DNA of 64,000 nucleotides from contig NC_043002.1 in the NCBI RefSeq assembly GCF_006345805.1, positions 2,976,001-3,040,000 of the forward strand, read 5' to 3'. This document shows positions 1-12,826 of this stretch, in pieces. The position numbers and the translations under genes are program-made. The DNA is from Octopus sinensis (lineage: Eukaryota). The first letter of the stretch is position 1, and each line of letters begins with the position of its first letter. The notes under the pieces are model-generated. The model saw only the letters and a list, made by a program, of their open reading frames with translations. It was not told where the DNA came from and did no database searches.

Positions 1-439
1 TCAATCAAATGCTGCTCCTGATGTTTTTTCAAAACACTCTTCCCAAATCATAAACACGCATATTCCAAACGTAACATATGCAGCTTAATTAAACCAGAAA
101 TAATCAGACAATTAAAAATGATAAACACTAATAAACTAGACACCAGAAACTACGAGCAACTCACAAACTGTACAGACCAACCTGGGCCAAAATTTATAAA
201 TAGAAACATTGATTAAAACTCTTAACCACAGAGCTGCAAGGGTTCCTATGTGGAAACAAACAATCCTACCACTGACCAGAACTCATAGAGTGACAGAAGC
301 ATATGAATGGGTGTACATAGGCGTTTATATACAGAGATGCATATGTTGGCATGTATGTATATATACATATCTATATATACATATATATATTATCATAATA
401 ATAATAATAATAAATATGCTTCCTCATTGATATGACAAA

Positions 440-925
440 AATCATGCCCCCTCATTGATATGACTGTCCCAATCGATATAAACGTATCTGTCAAGACCTA
501 TCAGAAACTGAGCAAATATAAAGATCTTGAAATAGAAATCAACAAAATGTGGAACCTGAAGACTAAAACAATACCTGTTGTCATAGGTGCCCTGGGAATG
601 ATAGCAAAAGGGGCTGATTGCTACCTAACTCAGATACCAGGAAACCCAAAAATGGCAGAAGTTCAAAAGATAGTGCTCATGGGAACTGCTCATATCCTAC
701 GCAAAATACTTTCTATGTAATGTCAAGTTTTAAAACAAACATAATTTTCGTATGGTTTTTTTAGACATTCACTAGTACAACACTAAGTACAAAACCAAAT
801 ATATGGCTCCCTAGGCATAGCACCAACATGAACTTCCAACTTGTTGTCTCTTGAGGTCTCTGGGTGAGACTTGGAGCCAACTTGTGCAAAAGCAAAGCAA
901 AAGTCAAACAGAATGATAATAATAA
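440..925 (+). mobile_element. 5'-truncated R2-superfamily (R4/Dong/Hero/NeSL-like) non-LTR retrotransposon 3' end: restriction-like endonuclease C-terminus plus 3' UTR
   Basis: ORF 460-720 KLSKYKDLEIEINKMWNLKTKTIPVVIGALG...VQKIVLMGTAHILRKILSM* is the typical RLE C-terminal signature. An AAT-rich tail lies near 915. Confidence 0.8.
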
Positions 926-1018
926 AAGGGTAAAATTAATTAAGTGCTGGTTAAATACCAGTTATGCGATGACGCTTGATCGCATACACATTTAATTCTG
1001 ACACACTCAAATTGAAAT

Positions 1019-1081
1019 GCTGTACTGATGAGGTGAAATAAGTAAGTAAATATAACTTTAATCCTGAAACGCATATGTGGC
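1019..1081 (+). ncRNA. Degenerate minimal hammerhead ribozyme motif (PLE pLTR-like)
   Basis: GCTGTA-CTGATGA-GG...CCT-GAAA-CGCA-TA-TGTGGC. Core boxes are intact, stem I pairs only with G-U wobbles, and the stem III tetramer is CGCA rather than palindromic CGCG. Confidence 0.35.
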
Positions 1082-1591
1082 TAATTTAAGTTGTGTGGAT
1101 TCGTTATTTTTTCTCTTTGCCTACGTTAAAAAAAAGTGTTACTGTCCGGGAGATATTTATGGTAGCGGAATGGTATTTTAACTGCTATTTCTAAATTCAG
1201 TGTGTGGCGAAGCAATTAGCTGACCCCTGATTATAATTATGCTTATAATTATAGAATGTTTGGGTGTATATATATACGTGTGCATGTGTCAGTGTGCATG
1301 TGTCAGTGTGCATAAGTATTTATGCATACACATACACACATGTATTCGAGTGTGCACAAACACACACGGGGTGGGTGACCGGCATTGCTCAGTTTCTGCT
1401 TAACCCAAGTCCACTTATGGCATTGGTTGGCCTGCATACACAAGACTCTTTCTTGCTTTAAGTGATGTGCAATGAGATTGAACCTAAAGCCCCATGCATG
1501 TGAAACAAACTTCATAACACAGCCAAGACTGCATCATCTAACACACAGATACACACAAAGAGTGCACGTATCATTTACAAACACAAGATTC

Positions 1592-1640
<49 letters not shown>

Positions 1641-1874
1641 CAGATGCATACACATATATAATGCACACACACACACAGAGGCCAAAACGAAATCGTTATA
1701 ATTTTCCTCTTTTATGTTGCCTTTTTCTCACCAACTTGTAAATATATAGATATTGTTGGCCAGATCAATATTAAGAAATATAATAACACACGCACACACA
1801 CACACATATATATATATACATACATACAGACACGCACACACACACCCATCACACACATACTGAGACATAATCAT

Positions 1875-1910
<36 letters not shown>

Positions 1911-2218
1911 ATTAACTTGAATTACCACCAAATATAATTTAAATAAAATATGGTAACCTGAACAAGTGGCACGACCATTTTGAATGTGTGATATCACTTT
2001 AGAGAAACAGTCATCTTCCCATTACGTTTAGTCGTGGAATATAGTCTTGAATTTCTGAAATATTCACAACAACAGGTAGGCAGGTAGAAAGATAGCTAGA
2101 CAGGTAGACAAGCAGATATGTAGATAGAGAGATAGGTAGAAAGATAGATACATATCTTCTAACTCCCAGCTGTATATAGTTCCCAATTCCAGATTCACAA
2201 CTCTGTGTGTTCTAATTT

Positions 2219-2256
<38 letters not shown>

Positions 2257-2297
2257 TATTTATCTTCATGTGAATTTAATTTTCTTAATGACTGATA

Positions 2298-2540
2298 CAT
2301 CATCGTCATTTACTGTCCGTTGTCCCTGCTGGCATGGATTGCAGTTTGACCAGGGCTAGCAAGCTTGAAGGCTGCACCAGACTCCAGTCTGATATAGCAT
2401 GGTTTCTATGGCTGGATGCCCTTCCTAATGCCACTGCTGTGATCTTACTTGGCTGGTTGGGTCTTCTTCTCAAGCACAACATAATGCCAAAGGTCTCAGT
2501 TATTGCCTTCATGGGGCCCAACACTCAAAAGGAAAAAGAC
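2298..2540 (-). mobile_element. Family D non-autonomous retroposon (RTE-like 3' end, (GAT)n tail), degenerate
   Basis: catcat..tttactgtccg..ggatgcccttcctaatgcca matches many other copies in the window. Confidence 0.7.
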
Positions 2541-2623
2541 AGGTTTAGTCAAACTTATTGAATTCCGCAGATATATTGATATTTTTTATTCCTAACTATA
2601 ACTACTTCAAATTAGGTACAGTA

Positions 2624-2930
2624 GGCATATGGTGTAGTGGTTAAGAGCGAGGGCTACTAACCCCAAGGTCCCCAGTTCGATTCCAGGCAGTAACCTGAAT
2701 AATAATAATAATAATCCTGTCTACCATAGGTACAAGGCTGGAACCCAATAATAATGATAATAATAATAATAATAATAACAAGAACAACATTGAAAAATAC
2801 CTTAGGAATGAGAACCCAGGTTCGAAATTCCCCTAAGACACCTGATGAAGGCTGGAGGGTATATCAGCTGAAACGTTGTGTTAACAACAAACAAGATGAG
2901 GACAAATATCCGTCGAATGTAAATAATGTA
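2624..2930 (+). mobile_element. tRNA-headed SINE-like element carrying a hammerhead motif (monomer)
   Basis: A box TGGTGTAGTGG, anticodon-like arm GGG-CTACTAA-CCC, B box GTTCGATTCC, (AAT)n spacer, then a body homologous to the arms of the 18431-18890 palindrome. Confidence 0.75.
2837..2882 (+). ncRNA. Minimal type I hammerhead ribozyme motif
   Basis: GACAC-CTGATGA-A-GGCTG(gagggtatat)CAGCT-GAA-ACGT-T-GTGTT. Stem I GACAC/GTGTT, stem II GGCTG/CAGCT, palindromic stem III ACGT as in PLE-associated minimal hammerheads. Confidence 0.65.
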
Positions 2931-3087
2931 TAAACTAGAAACACACTGAGAGAGCGCAGACCTCTGCCAAGCAGCTTATTTCCCACCCATAGACATGCAT
3001 GCAGAAAATCACCCAATTTCCCAAACCAACGCCAGCAAAAACATCAAACAAAAATAACACAGCCATATGATTTTTTTTTAAAAAAAA

Positions 3088-3372
3088 CCTTTAACCGTAG
3101 CCCATTCAAGCAGAGGGTTCTTGTTTGCAGAGACATATCTGGGTGTGGGTGGTTTATCAGGTATTTGTTGGGGTAATCATCTAGGGATCGTTTGAATGCC
3201 GTGAAGTCACTTTCCTCCTGGCACGATGTTGAAGAAAGCGGGGCCAATTGAGGTGAAATAGTTCTGTCATAGTGTTGTGATACGACACGAACATTCTGTA
3301 GTGGACAGATGGCACGGGGGGCCAAGCCTCGGACGAATTTTAAAGATGGGCAATGTTGATGGAATATTTTCC
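3088..3372 (-). mobile_element. CR1/Jockey-group LINE 3' fragment
   Basis: Frameshifted translation ...DFTAFKRSLDD...PDKPPTPRYVSANKNPLLEW resembles LINE ORF2 C-termini. Confidence 0.55.
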
Positions 3373-3373
3373 A

Positions 3374-3728
3374 CATCATCATCATTTAACATCCGTTTTC
3401 CATGCTAGCATGGGTTGGACGATTTGACTGAGGTCTGGCTAACCAGATTCCAATCTGATCTGGCAGAGTTTCTACAGCTGAATGCCCTTCCTAACGCCAA
3501 CCACTCCAAGAGTGTAGTGAATGCTTTTACGTGCCACCAGCACGAGGGCCAGTTTGGTGGTACTGGCAACAGCCACACCCAAACGGTGCTTTTTACGTGC
3601 CACCTGCACAGGAGCCAGTCCAGCGGCACTGGCAATGCCTCCGCTCGAATGTTTCACGTGCCACCAGCACAAGTGCTAGTTAGGCGATGCGGTAGCGATC
3701 ATGCTCGAATGGTGTGCTTAACGTGCCA
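3374..3728 (-). mobile_element. Family D retroposon
   Basis: catcatcatttaacatccgttttccatgctagcatgggttggacg...gcccttcctaacgccaaccactcc and repeated gtgccacc(a/g)gcac units. Confidence 0.85.
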
Positions 3729-4554
3729 TCATCTGTATATCATACAGATGATATAGAGCTCACAGTGGTGGTGGAGGGAGCAAAGACTGAGATTTTTTAT
3801 TCGATCCCAATAGTCAAGGCTTGTCATGTCATCCTCCACAGACCTCCGCCAAGCAGCTCATTTTAAAATAGATACAAGAGTAAAATTACTAATAGAGAAG
3901 CGAAAATAAACTTTGGAAACAGCAACGTCACCATAGGTTATGTGGAAACGATGAACGTGTTTTCAAGGTAGATAATCAAAGAACGTAACATTGTAAATAC
4001 TTCATGTAAAGTAAATATAACAAATGAAAAATCTTTCAAGAATCCATAAAAATTCCCGGATCACTACCAAAATTTTATCATGCGTTCCTTGTGTTCTATT
4101 CAACTTTTCATCAAAAACCATTCACAACTTTTTTTGCACACAGACGGACAAACCAACGCCAATGAAAACACAACCTCCTTCCTTGGCAGAGGTAATGAAG
4201 CTGTTATAGTTTTTGGAAAGTGTTGCAGATTAATGATGCAAATGGATAAACAAGTTTACATTAGGAATATTTTAGTTAAATGTTTTACGTGTTGTTTGGG
4301 GGTCAGGGTTAGGGGACTGCAAGAGTGAGAAAATTCAGAAGAATTTCTAGTTCAGGTCTGTCAAACGATCGAGAGAAATGTTTTGCAGTTTTTGGATAGA
4401 TTGTCCTTATTCTATGTTGATGTGTCTAATATGACATTCGTTAGGGAGTAATTATGGACTTCTGCTCATAGCTTCATTATCATTTACCATTTTGGCAGGG
4501 GATAGCCATTCACCTTTTCCCTATTTATGTTGAAACATATTGCCTATTTTTTTA

Positions 4555-4925
4555 TCTTTAACTTGTTTCAGCCATTACACTGCGACCAAGCTGGAGCACT
4601 GCCTTGGAAAATTTTAATCAAGCAAATTGACCCCAGGACATGTTTTAAAGTCTGGTACTTATTCTATCAACCCCTTTTGCCAAACTGCTAAGTTACAGGG
4701 ACATAACATGACTACACCAGTTGTGAAATGAGGGGTGCAAATGCAGGCTTAAATATACACACACATATGACGGGCTTCTTTCAGTTTCTGTCTACCAAAT
4801 CCACTCACAAAGTTTTGGTCAGCCCAAAGCTGTAGTAAAAACCACTTGCCCAAGGTGCCATGCAGTGGGACTGAACCTGGAACCATGTGGTTGGGAAGCA
4901 GACTTCTTACCACACAGCCACGCTC
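4555..4925 (-). mobile_element. Family B tRNA-related SINE (about 370-400 bp, internal microsatellite)
   Basis: Head gtggctgtgtggtaagaag...ggttcagtcccactgc and tail gctccagc..gctgaaacaagt, shared with many copies. Confidence 0.85.
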
Positions 4926-5068
4926 GTGCTTCGGCAGCTTCATTTCAATTAACTTCAGAAATAATGAAGAATTTTGTAAATCATGCATTTGTTCAGAATT
5001 AGCATAGAATTTTGATACCTTATTTTGAAGTCAATCACCATAAAAACAAGGAATTAATATAATACAAC

Positions 5069-5370
5069 CATCCAAGCGTGATCGTTGCCAGAGCAGCCAA
5101 CTGGCTTCCGTGCCAGTGGCACGTAAAAGGGCACCATTCGAGCGTGATCGTTACCAATGTTGCCATACTGGCCCCCGTGCCGGTGGCACGTAAAAAGCAT
5201 CCACTACTCTCTCGGAGTGGGTGGTGTTAGGAAAGGCATGCAGCTGTAGAAACTCTGCCAGATCAAGATTGGAGCCTGGTGCAGCCATCTGGTTCGCCAG
5301 ACCTCAGTCAAATCGTCCAACCCATGCTAGCATGGAAAGCGGACATTAAACGATGATGATGATGATGATG
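5069..5370 (+). mobile_element. Family D retroposon
   Basis: ggcacgtaaaa..gcatccactactctctcggagtgg..ccaacccatgctagcatggaaagcggacattaaac(gat)n. Confidence 0.85.
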
Positions 5371-5743
5371 AAGAAGGATGGCTTCAGGCAGGCTCATATC
5401 AAAATGCTATGTCTGTGCTCATGCTCCTTTCTTGGCAGCATACACTGTTGCTATGTTGCTATGGATATTCATTTCAGTCACTTTTAGATTTAAATACATT
5501 TTCTATAATTGAAGTTTATATCTAAAAGTTATAAATCTACCAGGACTTGTTCCCCCATCATAAGATGATTAATGCCGGATGGTTAAGGGGATAGGCTATT
5601 CCATTGGTTTGCAATTCGTCTTAATTATGTTTTCAGGTTTTAAAAATGTTAAGACTGTATTTACATTACAATGTGGATGTTTTAGCCAGTTTTATGTCAT
5701 TTTTATGTTGTTTTTTTTCTTTGTGGCAATTCAACCCCTTTAA

Positions 5744-5965
5744 CCCTTTCGTTACTGTATTCATTTTGAGATGCTCTGAGTTTCTTTCAATTAATTGTAA
5801 ATATAACAAAGAATTTAGTAAAATAACTTAGTTATCATTAAGCTAGTGTTAGGACCATAAATTGTGACTAAGGTTTGGTGTAATATTTTAATGAAAAACT
5901 TATAAAAACAAGACATTTATACTACAGAGCCAGAGCCGGTTTTGGCCGGGTTAGAATCAAAAGGG
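5744..5965. mobile_element. 222-bp MITE with CCCTTT/AAAGGG termini and TTAA target-site duplication (piggyBac-like)
   Basis: TTAA at 5740-5743 and 5966-5969. A second copy in opposite orientation is at 14285-14506. Confidence 0.8.
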
Positions 5966-6950
5966 TTAATGTTCATATTATTTTGAATTAATCATGCAGT
6001 ATCTTGAAAATTTAAGATTTTGATGTGATTATTTATTCTTGGAAAATACATTGTATGGTGGGTGTGACTTTGCCAAATCTTGCCAGTTTGAACAGAAAAC
6101 AGGTAGAATATTTGGGCCGGATTTGGCCAAATGCTGAAAGGTTGGATCTGTTTTCTATAATGACAATTTGTATCTCGTAGATATTGGTCTGCACTGGTTT
6201 ACTCCCATAATGCATTGTTTCAAGACAATTGAAACCCGATTATTGGATCTTATTCCATTAGTTTACATTTGGTTCATTCTATGTTTTTGTGTTTTAAATG
6301 TGTTACAGATTGTTAGTTAAGGACTGATGTCTAATGCTTTATGTTCTTTGACTAATCTATTTTGACCAATTCCAGTTCTTTACATTATTATTATTATTCC
6401 CCATTTTACGTTTTAGCAACCTCAGTTTCTGACATTTTGCTCGTTACATTCAGTTGGCTAATTCATTTTAATGGTTTATGATTTTTAAATTCTCTGTAAT
6501 TCTTGGGATAGCAGCATCCATTTTGAAGAATATTCCTCTCTATTTCCTACATTACATTTTTGAATTTGTGCTTCATATGAAATGATTGATGCTCCTCGAG
6601 ATATGAGGAGATATGAGTATTTGTAACAATAAACAGGTGGAAACATAACGGACATATTGTGCTGGTTTCATTCCTGCTGCTTCTCCATCAATAGCCAGAC
6701 AGCATTTATGACTCTGAGGCTGTTGACTCTGCAGGCATAAATGCTAATGCCCCAAGTGCCAAAACCATAATCATATCGATTAGGCAGCTGATGAGGGATC
6801 TATCCATTAGGTGTGCTTGTTGATTATGAACTTTTGTATCTTGTGTTCTCATGGTTCCAAGTTGTCCTTCAGTGAAATTCTAGTCCTTGTAGGTTTGAAG
6901 TTGTGTAGGGGTTCTTGGTTTATGGCAGTCTTACTGCATATATTCTACCT

Positions 6951-7181
6951 ATTTCTTTACTACCCACAAGGGGCTAAACACAGAGAGGACAAAAAAGGAC
7001 AGACAAACGGATTAAGTCGATTATATCGATCACAGTGCGTAACTGGTACTTATTTAATCGACCCCGAAAAGATGAAAGGCAAAGTCAACTTCAGTGGAAT
7101 TTGAACTCAGAACATAACAGCTGACGAAATACCACTAGGCATTTCACTCGGCGTGCTAACGTTTCTGCCAGCTGGCCACCT
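6951..7181 (-). mobile_element. Family A tRNA-derived SINE
   Basis: Reverse complement of ggtggccagctggcagaaacgttagcacgccg...gttctgagttcaaattccactg...aagtaccag. Confidence 0.85.
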
Positions 7182-7834
7182 TTACTGCATATATTATACC
7201 ATACACTGATACCATGGGATTGTCCTTCATAAATATTCTAATTCTGGTAAGGAGAATACTTGTTTAAGGGTTTCTAGTTTAGGGAGGTTTCGTTACATAC
7301 ATATGCACCCTATGTAGCAGATGTATAAACAAGGCGAATTTAGCTATTTCTCCGTAAACAACCTTAATTGATTTTCAAATCTTATTGGATTCCCATCGGG
7401 GACGTCGACATCAATCTGACCAATTCAAAACAAGCAGCCGATCTGTTCATACACTCAACAATTTCAGTAGCTACAGAAAACTAAGGCAATAATTTGTATA
7501 TCATAAATACTAATACCCTATCTAATATCAGGGGGTGTGTGAGTCTATTTATATATATATATATATATATATAATTATATATAATTGTATTTTGGGACGG
7601 TCGGGGTTTTTTTGCCAAAAACACATGCACTGTATTTTTTTGCTTCACTCATTTATTACTGTTATTTTATCATTTTAATACCTGTCCAAATCTTTTGTGA
7701 CCTCTTCAGCAACACTTTTCATTTCCATGTGTGTTCTTGCTCCACTTACTCCAAAATAAATAAATAAAACCATCCCAAAATACAACAATATCTGTTTCAA
7801 CACACGATTTCACATCAGGAATCTTGCGAAATGG

Positions 7835-7893
<59 letters not shown>

Positions 7894-7932
7894 TATGTAG
7901 ATGGTTGAAAAGGAACACACAAGTTGACATGT

Positions 7933-9263
7933 ATAAGGAAAATAAGTCAAAGTAGAAAATGCTAAAGTAATTTTATCATGAAAAACATTTCAGTATCGGT
8001 TTCAGTCATTGACACTTTTTCAACTCTAAGTATGGAAAACAATTAAATTGTGGAAAAAATTAAAAGAAAATTTTTTTTTTTAATATTTCCAATGTATTGA
8101 AATACAATGGGAATTTTCCTTGTTTCTGCCTGTCTCTGTCTCTCTTTTTTTTACTCTGGTGGCTTCAATTCACGATGGAATTTAGCCATCAACAACTTCC
8201 TTCCCTTCCTCGACATCCTCATTAAGAAATCTAACAACGTAATAGAAACAGATATATACTAAAAGCCCACAGACTCCAAGCAATATCTACCGTTCAATTC
8301 ATGCCACCCCAGACACACCAGAAGGAATATCCCCTTCAATCTAGCAAAAAGGATATGTACTATAGTTTCTAATGCAAACACCAGGGACACACGACTACAT
8401 GAACTAAAGGATACACTCATCCCCAAGAACTACCCACCATCACTAATTGACATATGCTTTCAACGAACCCTACAACTCAACATCCACAAACTTAGACATC
8501 CCAAATTAAAGGATTTACAACCAAAAGCCCTACCATACATTTCCACACACAACCCTCTTAACAATGAAGCTTTTGGCACCATCCTTCAAAACATTCCCCT
8601 GCTAAAAAGGACCACAGAATGAACTTAATCCTCCAAACACACACCATCATAAAAAGCAAGAGACAGCCCAAAATCTATGAAAAGTCTCCTAACACAAGCC
8701 CGAATATGCTCAATAACAACACAGAAGCCATCAGTAAAAAAATGCGGAAGACCCAACTGTGGGATATGTGTCAATTTGAGGGATCAGAATTCTCCTTCAA
8801 ACAGGGACAATGTTTCACAGTGAAAAGCAACTTCACATGTACTTCGGAGAACCTGATATACACACTAACCTGCTCTGGGTGTCAAGAGCAATATATAGGC
8901 CAAACAAAAACCAGTCTACACAAAAGAATGGCTCTGCACATATTCCAGATCAAAATTCCCAAAAACAGAAAAATAGCATTCGGTCAACACAGACATTTGC
9001 GCCAATACCAAAAATCCATAACTACCTCAAACCTACAAGAGTAAAAAAAAGAGAGACAGAGACAGGAAGAAACAAGGAAAATGCCCCTTGTATCTGAATA
9101 CTGTGGAAATATTCTTTTAAAAAAACTTTCCTTTTAATTTTTCCACAATTTAATTGTTTTCCATACTTAGAGTTGAAAAAGTGTCAATGACTGAAACTGA
9201 TGCTAAAATGTTTTTCATGATAAAATTACTTTAGCATTTTCTACTTTGACTTATTTTCCTTAT
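7933..9263. repeat. Long inverted repeat (arms 7933-8157 and 9038-9263) enclosing the PLE fragment; probable inverted pLTR copies
   Basis: The arms are reverse complements over about 225 nt, e.g. aataagtcaaagtagaaaatgctaaagtaattttatcatgaaaaac versus its exact complement near 9200-9255. Confidence 0.85.
8160..9037 (+). pseudogene. Penelope-like element fragment: RT C-terminus/thumb, linker and GIY-YIG endonuclease, disrupted
   Basis: LPFLDILI...TDIY*KPTDSKQYLPFNSCHPRHTRRNIPFNLAKRICTIVS and FTCTSENLIYTLTCSGCQEQYIGQT. Contains a stop and frameshifts. Confidence 0.9.
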
Positions 9264-9314
9264 GTATGTATGTATATGTGCGCGCGTGTGTGTGTGTGTG
9301 TATGTATGTACGTA

Positions 9315-9376
<62 letters not shown>

Positions 9377-10384
9377 GTGTTTCTAACTTCTGGAATATCC
9401 ATAACTGAATAACAATTTTAAACTTTTTTTTTCCAAATCTGAAAAGTGCCTTTCCAAGCTCACCATTCCATGGTAGTCCAAGAACAATAGACAAGCACTT
9501 GACCTAATTCTAAATCCATTTTGTAACAAATACTTAGAACAGCCTTAACTACTGCAGCTCTACCACTAACATCAATATCTCAAAAGACTAAAAGTGGGCT
9601 TCTACAAAGTTGTTTCACTTGCTAGAAATAGCAGCCGAGTCTCCCTACAAAGTGTAAGTAAATAAAACACACCCAGTAGATTACATAGTTTTAGATTCCA
9701 CTGAAAAGAGAAAATGGTTGCAACCATCTGCTTTGATCCGATCATACACCTGCAACTAAACCACATTCACACACACACACATTCCCAATTGCATTCTGTT
9801 GAGATTTCCAGAGATAAACAGGAAAAGATTAGTCAAGAGCAGCAACATCCAAATCTTTAGAGTATTAAACTTAAATACTAGAAACATTTCATTGGAGTTG
9901 ATCCCCCACAAAAAAGACATTCAAAATGTAAACTGAATAACCTGAAAACCTGATTTAATATGCATCATTAATGAGATGCATCGTTACTGAAGATGATTCA
10001 CATTACTAATGATTAAAGAATATATCCGGATAATTCAAGTTGGTAGCATAGCAGAAGCAGCTTTACACAAGCACATGCAACAGTGTGTGTGTGTGTGTGG
10101 TGTGTGTGTGTGTGTGTGTGCGTGCGCACGACAGTATATATCCAGGATGCATTTGAAAACCCAAAAAGGTTTGATGGGATCCTATAATAGAAAATCTAGA
10201 AAAATGTTTTATATATAAATAAATTTAAGGGATGGAGGTGTAGGAAGAAAGCTTCAAGCAATCTGTAGTTAAAATATTAAAAAACAACTTTCAAGGAACA
10301 ATAGTGGTTTATTGAGATGGAAGGTTCTGGATATTTACCACTTCCGAGGTTCCACTCACTATGAAACATCTCTTCCATTCCATA

Positions 10385-10621
<237 letters not shown>

Positions 10622-10628
<7 letters not shown>

Positions 10629-10910
10629 GAAAATAGTAAAAAGTGAAAAAACTACAGAAGGCTTGTTTTAAAAGGTTAAAAAATATATGAGTCATTATGT
10701 CAGAAGAATGTTATAAAATTTTTTTCATGCAGTTTTTGAAGAAATTGTCGGTTTCGTGTTAACTTTTCAAATTTCTCAAAACATTGTGTTATGTCTTCAT
10801 TATGAAAAAAAATTTATAACATTCTTCTGACATAACGACTCAAATATATTTTTTAACCTTTTAAAACAAGCCTTCTGTAGTTTTTTCACTTTTTACTATT
10901 TTCTATATAT
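10622..10910. repeat. Fold-back element: inverted arms 10622-10728 and 10802-10910, spacer about 73 nt
   Basis: gaaaatagtaaaaagtgaaaaaactacagaaggcttgttttaaaaggttaaaaaa...cagaagaatgttataaa is mirrored as its reverse complement. Confidence 0.85.
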
Positions 10911-10956
10911 TCAACCAGGTGCTTTCACACATCAAGTTTCTCACCTATATATATAC

Positions 10957-10997
<41 letters not shown>

Positions 10998-10999
10998 CT

Positions 11000-11309
11000 G
11001 AGTTCTTTTCCAGTGCTGGGCCTCACAGAGGCAATGACCGAGAACTTTGTATTATGTTGTGCTTGAGAAGATCCATCAAGCCGAGCCAAATCATAGTTGC
11101 AGCAGGTACTAATGTTATACAAATGGCACCTGTGCCAGGGGTACATAAAAGCACCCATTACACTCTCAGAGTTGTTGGCGTTAGGAAGGGCATCCAGCCG
11201 TAGAAAACTATGCAAAATCAGACTGGAGTTTGGTGCCAGCCCTGGTCAAACCATCCAACCCATGCCAGCATGGACAACGGACGTATTATGATGATGATGA
11301 TGATGATGA

Positions 11310-11313
<4 letters not shown>
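11000..11313 (+). mobile_element. Family D retroposon
   Basis: aaagcacccattacactctcagagttgttggcgttaggaagggcatccagcc...(gat)n. Confidence 0.8.
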
Positions 11314-11347
<34 letters not shown>

Positions 11348-11622
11348 TATATAAAAGAAAAACAACCCAAATTTATAAAGATAAAATGCTGGTTTAGGGC
11401 TATATTTATGGTACAACACACTCAATTCTTGCTAAATTCTAAGGTTGCAGTTTTGTTTTCGACTCAATATCAGTTAAAGACATTGAGAGGATACCACAAT
11501 CTACAAGACTTTCTCTATGGCTACTGGTTTCAGCAGGTATAATGGTAACTTGAAGGACTTGCTTCATCAGCAGCCAATTCTTCACAAAATTAATTTTTAA
11601 ACTGCGTGTTAGGAATAAGCAC

Positions 11623-11790
11623 TGGCATGGCTGTGTGGTTTGAAAGCTTGCTTCCTAACCATACAGCTTCAGGCCCAGCCCCACTGTGTGGCACCTTGGA
11701 GCAAGTGTCTTCTGCTGCTATAACATCGGGCTGACCAAAACCTTGTGATAGTATTTGGTACGTGGAAGTTCCTGTGTGTGTGTGAGACAG
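11623..11790 (+). mobile_element. Family B SINE, 5' half
   Basis: ggcatggctgtgtggtt...cccactgtgtggcaccttgg. Confidence 0.75.
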
Positions 11791-12351
11791 ACAGACAGAC
11801 AGCTTGTGCGTCCTTTAATAGCTAGGAGGGAAAACAGCCAATTGTGTTTAGGATTTGCCAATACCAAAAACAGCAGCAAAGGCTGTTTGTCAAATCAACT
11901 ATAATTAATTCCATTTACTGCTATATCCTCTAATGATACCTGATCAGCTTCTGTCAATGTAAACCCTGCTAAAATCCCTGGGGTATCTGTTGTAGTCACT
12001 TCCAACTTCCTTCTTTTATTTTGGTGGGACCATAACTGGGGTCTGGTAAGATTTTAATAATGTTATGCTGCCCTTAAAATATTATTCATCTGTTAGCAAG
12101 AGAAATAACCACAAGAAATCCTTGTCACAATTAAACATTAATTACTCATACAACCATCATTAAACTAATTAAAGGTTTGCTTATTTGTTACTCGTATTGA
12201 CAAGAATCAATCCTTTATCAATCCCCTGAAACCCATACAAAACAACTGGCAGAAATGATTCACAACTTAACATTTTACAACAATTACACATTCATGTCTA
12301 AGTGTATTAAATCATCACCATTATAACGATTGCTGTTGTTGTTGTTATTAA

Positions 12352-12575
12352 GGCAGTGGGCTGGTAGAATGGTTAGCATGCCAGGCAAAATGCTTAGCAG
12401 TATTTTCTCCGTTTTCACATTCAAAGTTCAAATTCCACTGAGGTCACCTTTGTCTTTCATTCTTTCAGCATTGATAAAATAAGTACCAGCTGGGCGGGGG
12501 TGGGGATGTAATCGACTTAGCCCCGCCCCCAAAATTGCTGGCCTTGTGCCAAAATTTGAAATCATTATTATTATT
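12352..12575 (+). mobile_element. Family A SINE
   Basis: ggcagtgggctggtagaatggttagcatgccaggcaaaatgcttagc...aagtaccagc. Confidence 0.8.
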
Positions 12576-12826
12576 GAACAAATAGGATTTCCCAAAGCGG
12601 GTGCTCCCAACCCCTGACGTAGAAGAGGTGACTTTATATGGGCACTGGAGGGGGTAGAGAGAGACAATAGATGCAGCTGTACTTTCTTTTTTCTTTGTTT
12701 CCTTTTTTTTTTTAATTAACTTTCAAAATTATTTTAGATTTTATATTAAAAAAAAAAATCTGCTGGCTAACAAAAAGAATAAACTTTGAAATGTAACAAA
12801 GTAAACAAACATATATCTAACAGCAC

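Noticed and set aside
3520-3730. Regularly repeated gtgccacc(a/g)gcac units with variable spacers, CRISPR-like
   Set aside because: Internal tandem structure of the eukaryotic family D retroposon; no cas genes.
11890-12055. Short minus-strand frame with NKRRKLEVTTTDTPGILAG
   Set aside because: No homology recognised, and the nearby acceptor phase does not fit the ADAR2 exon.
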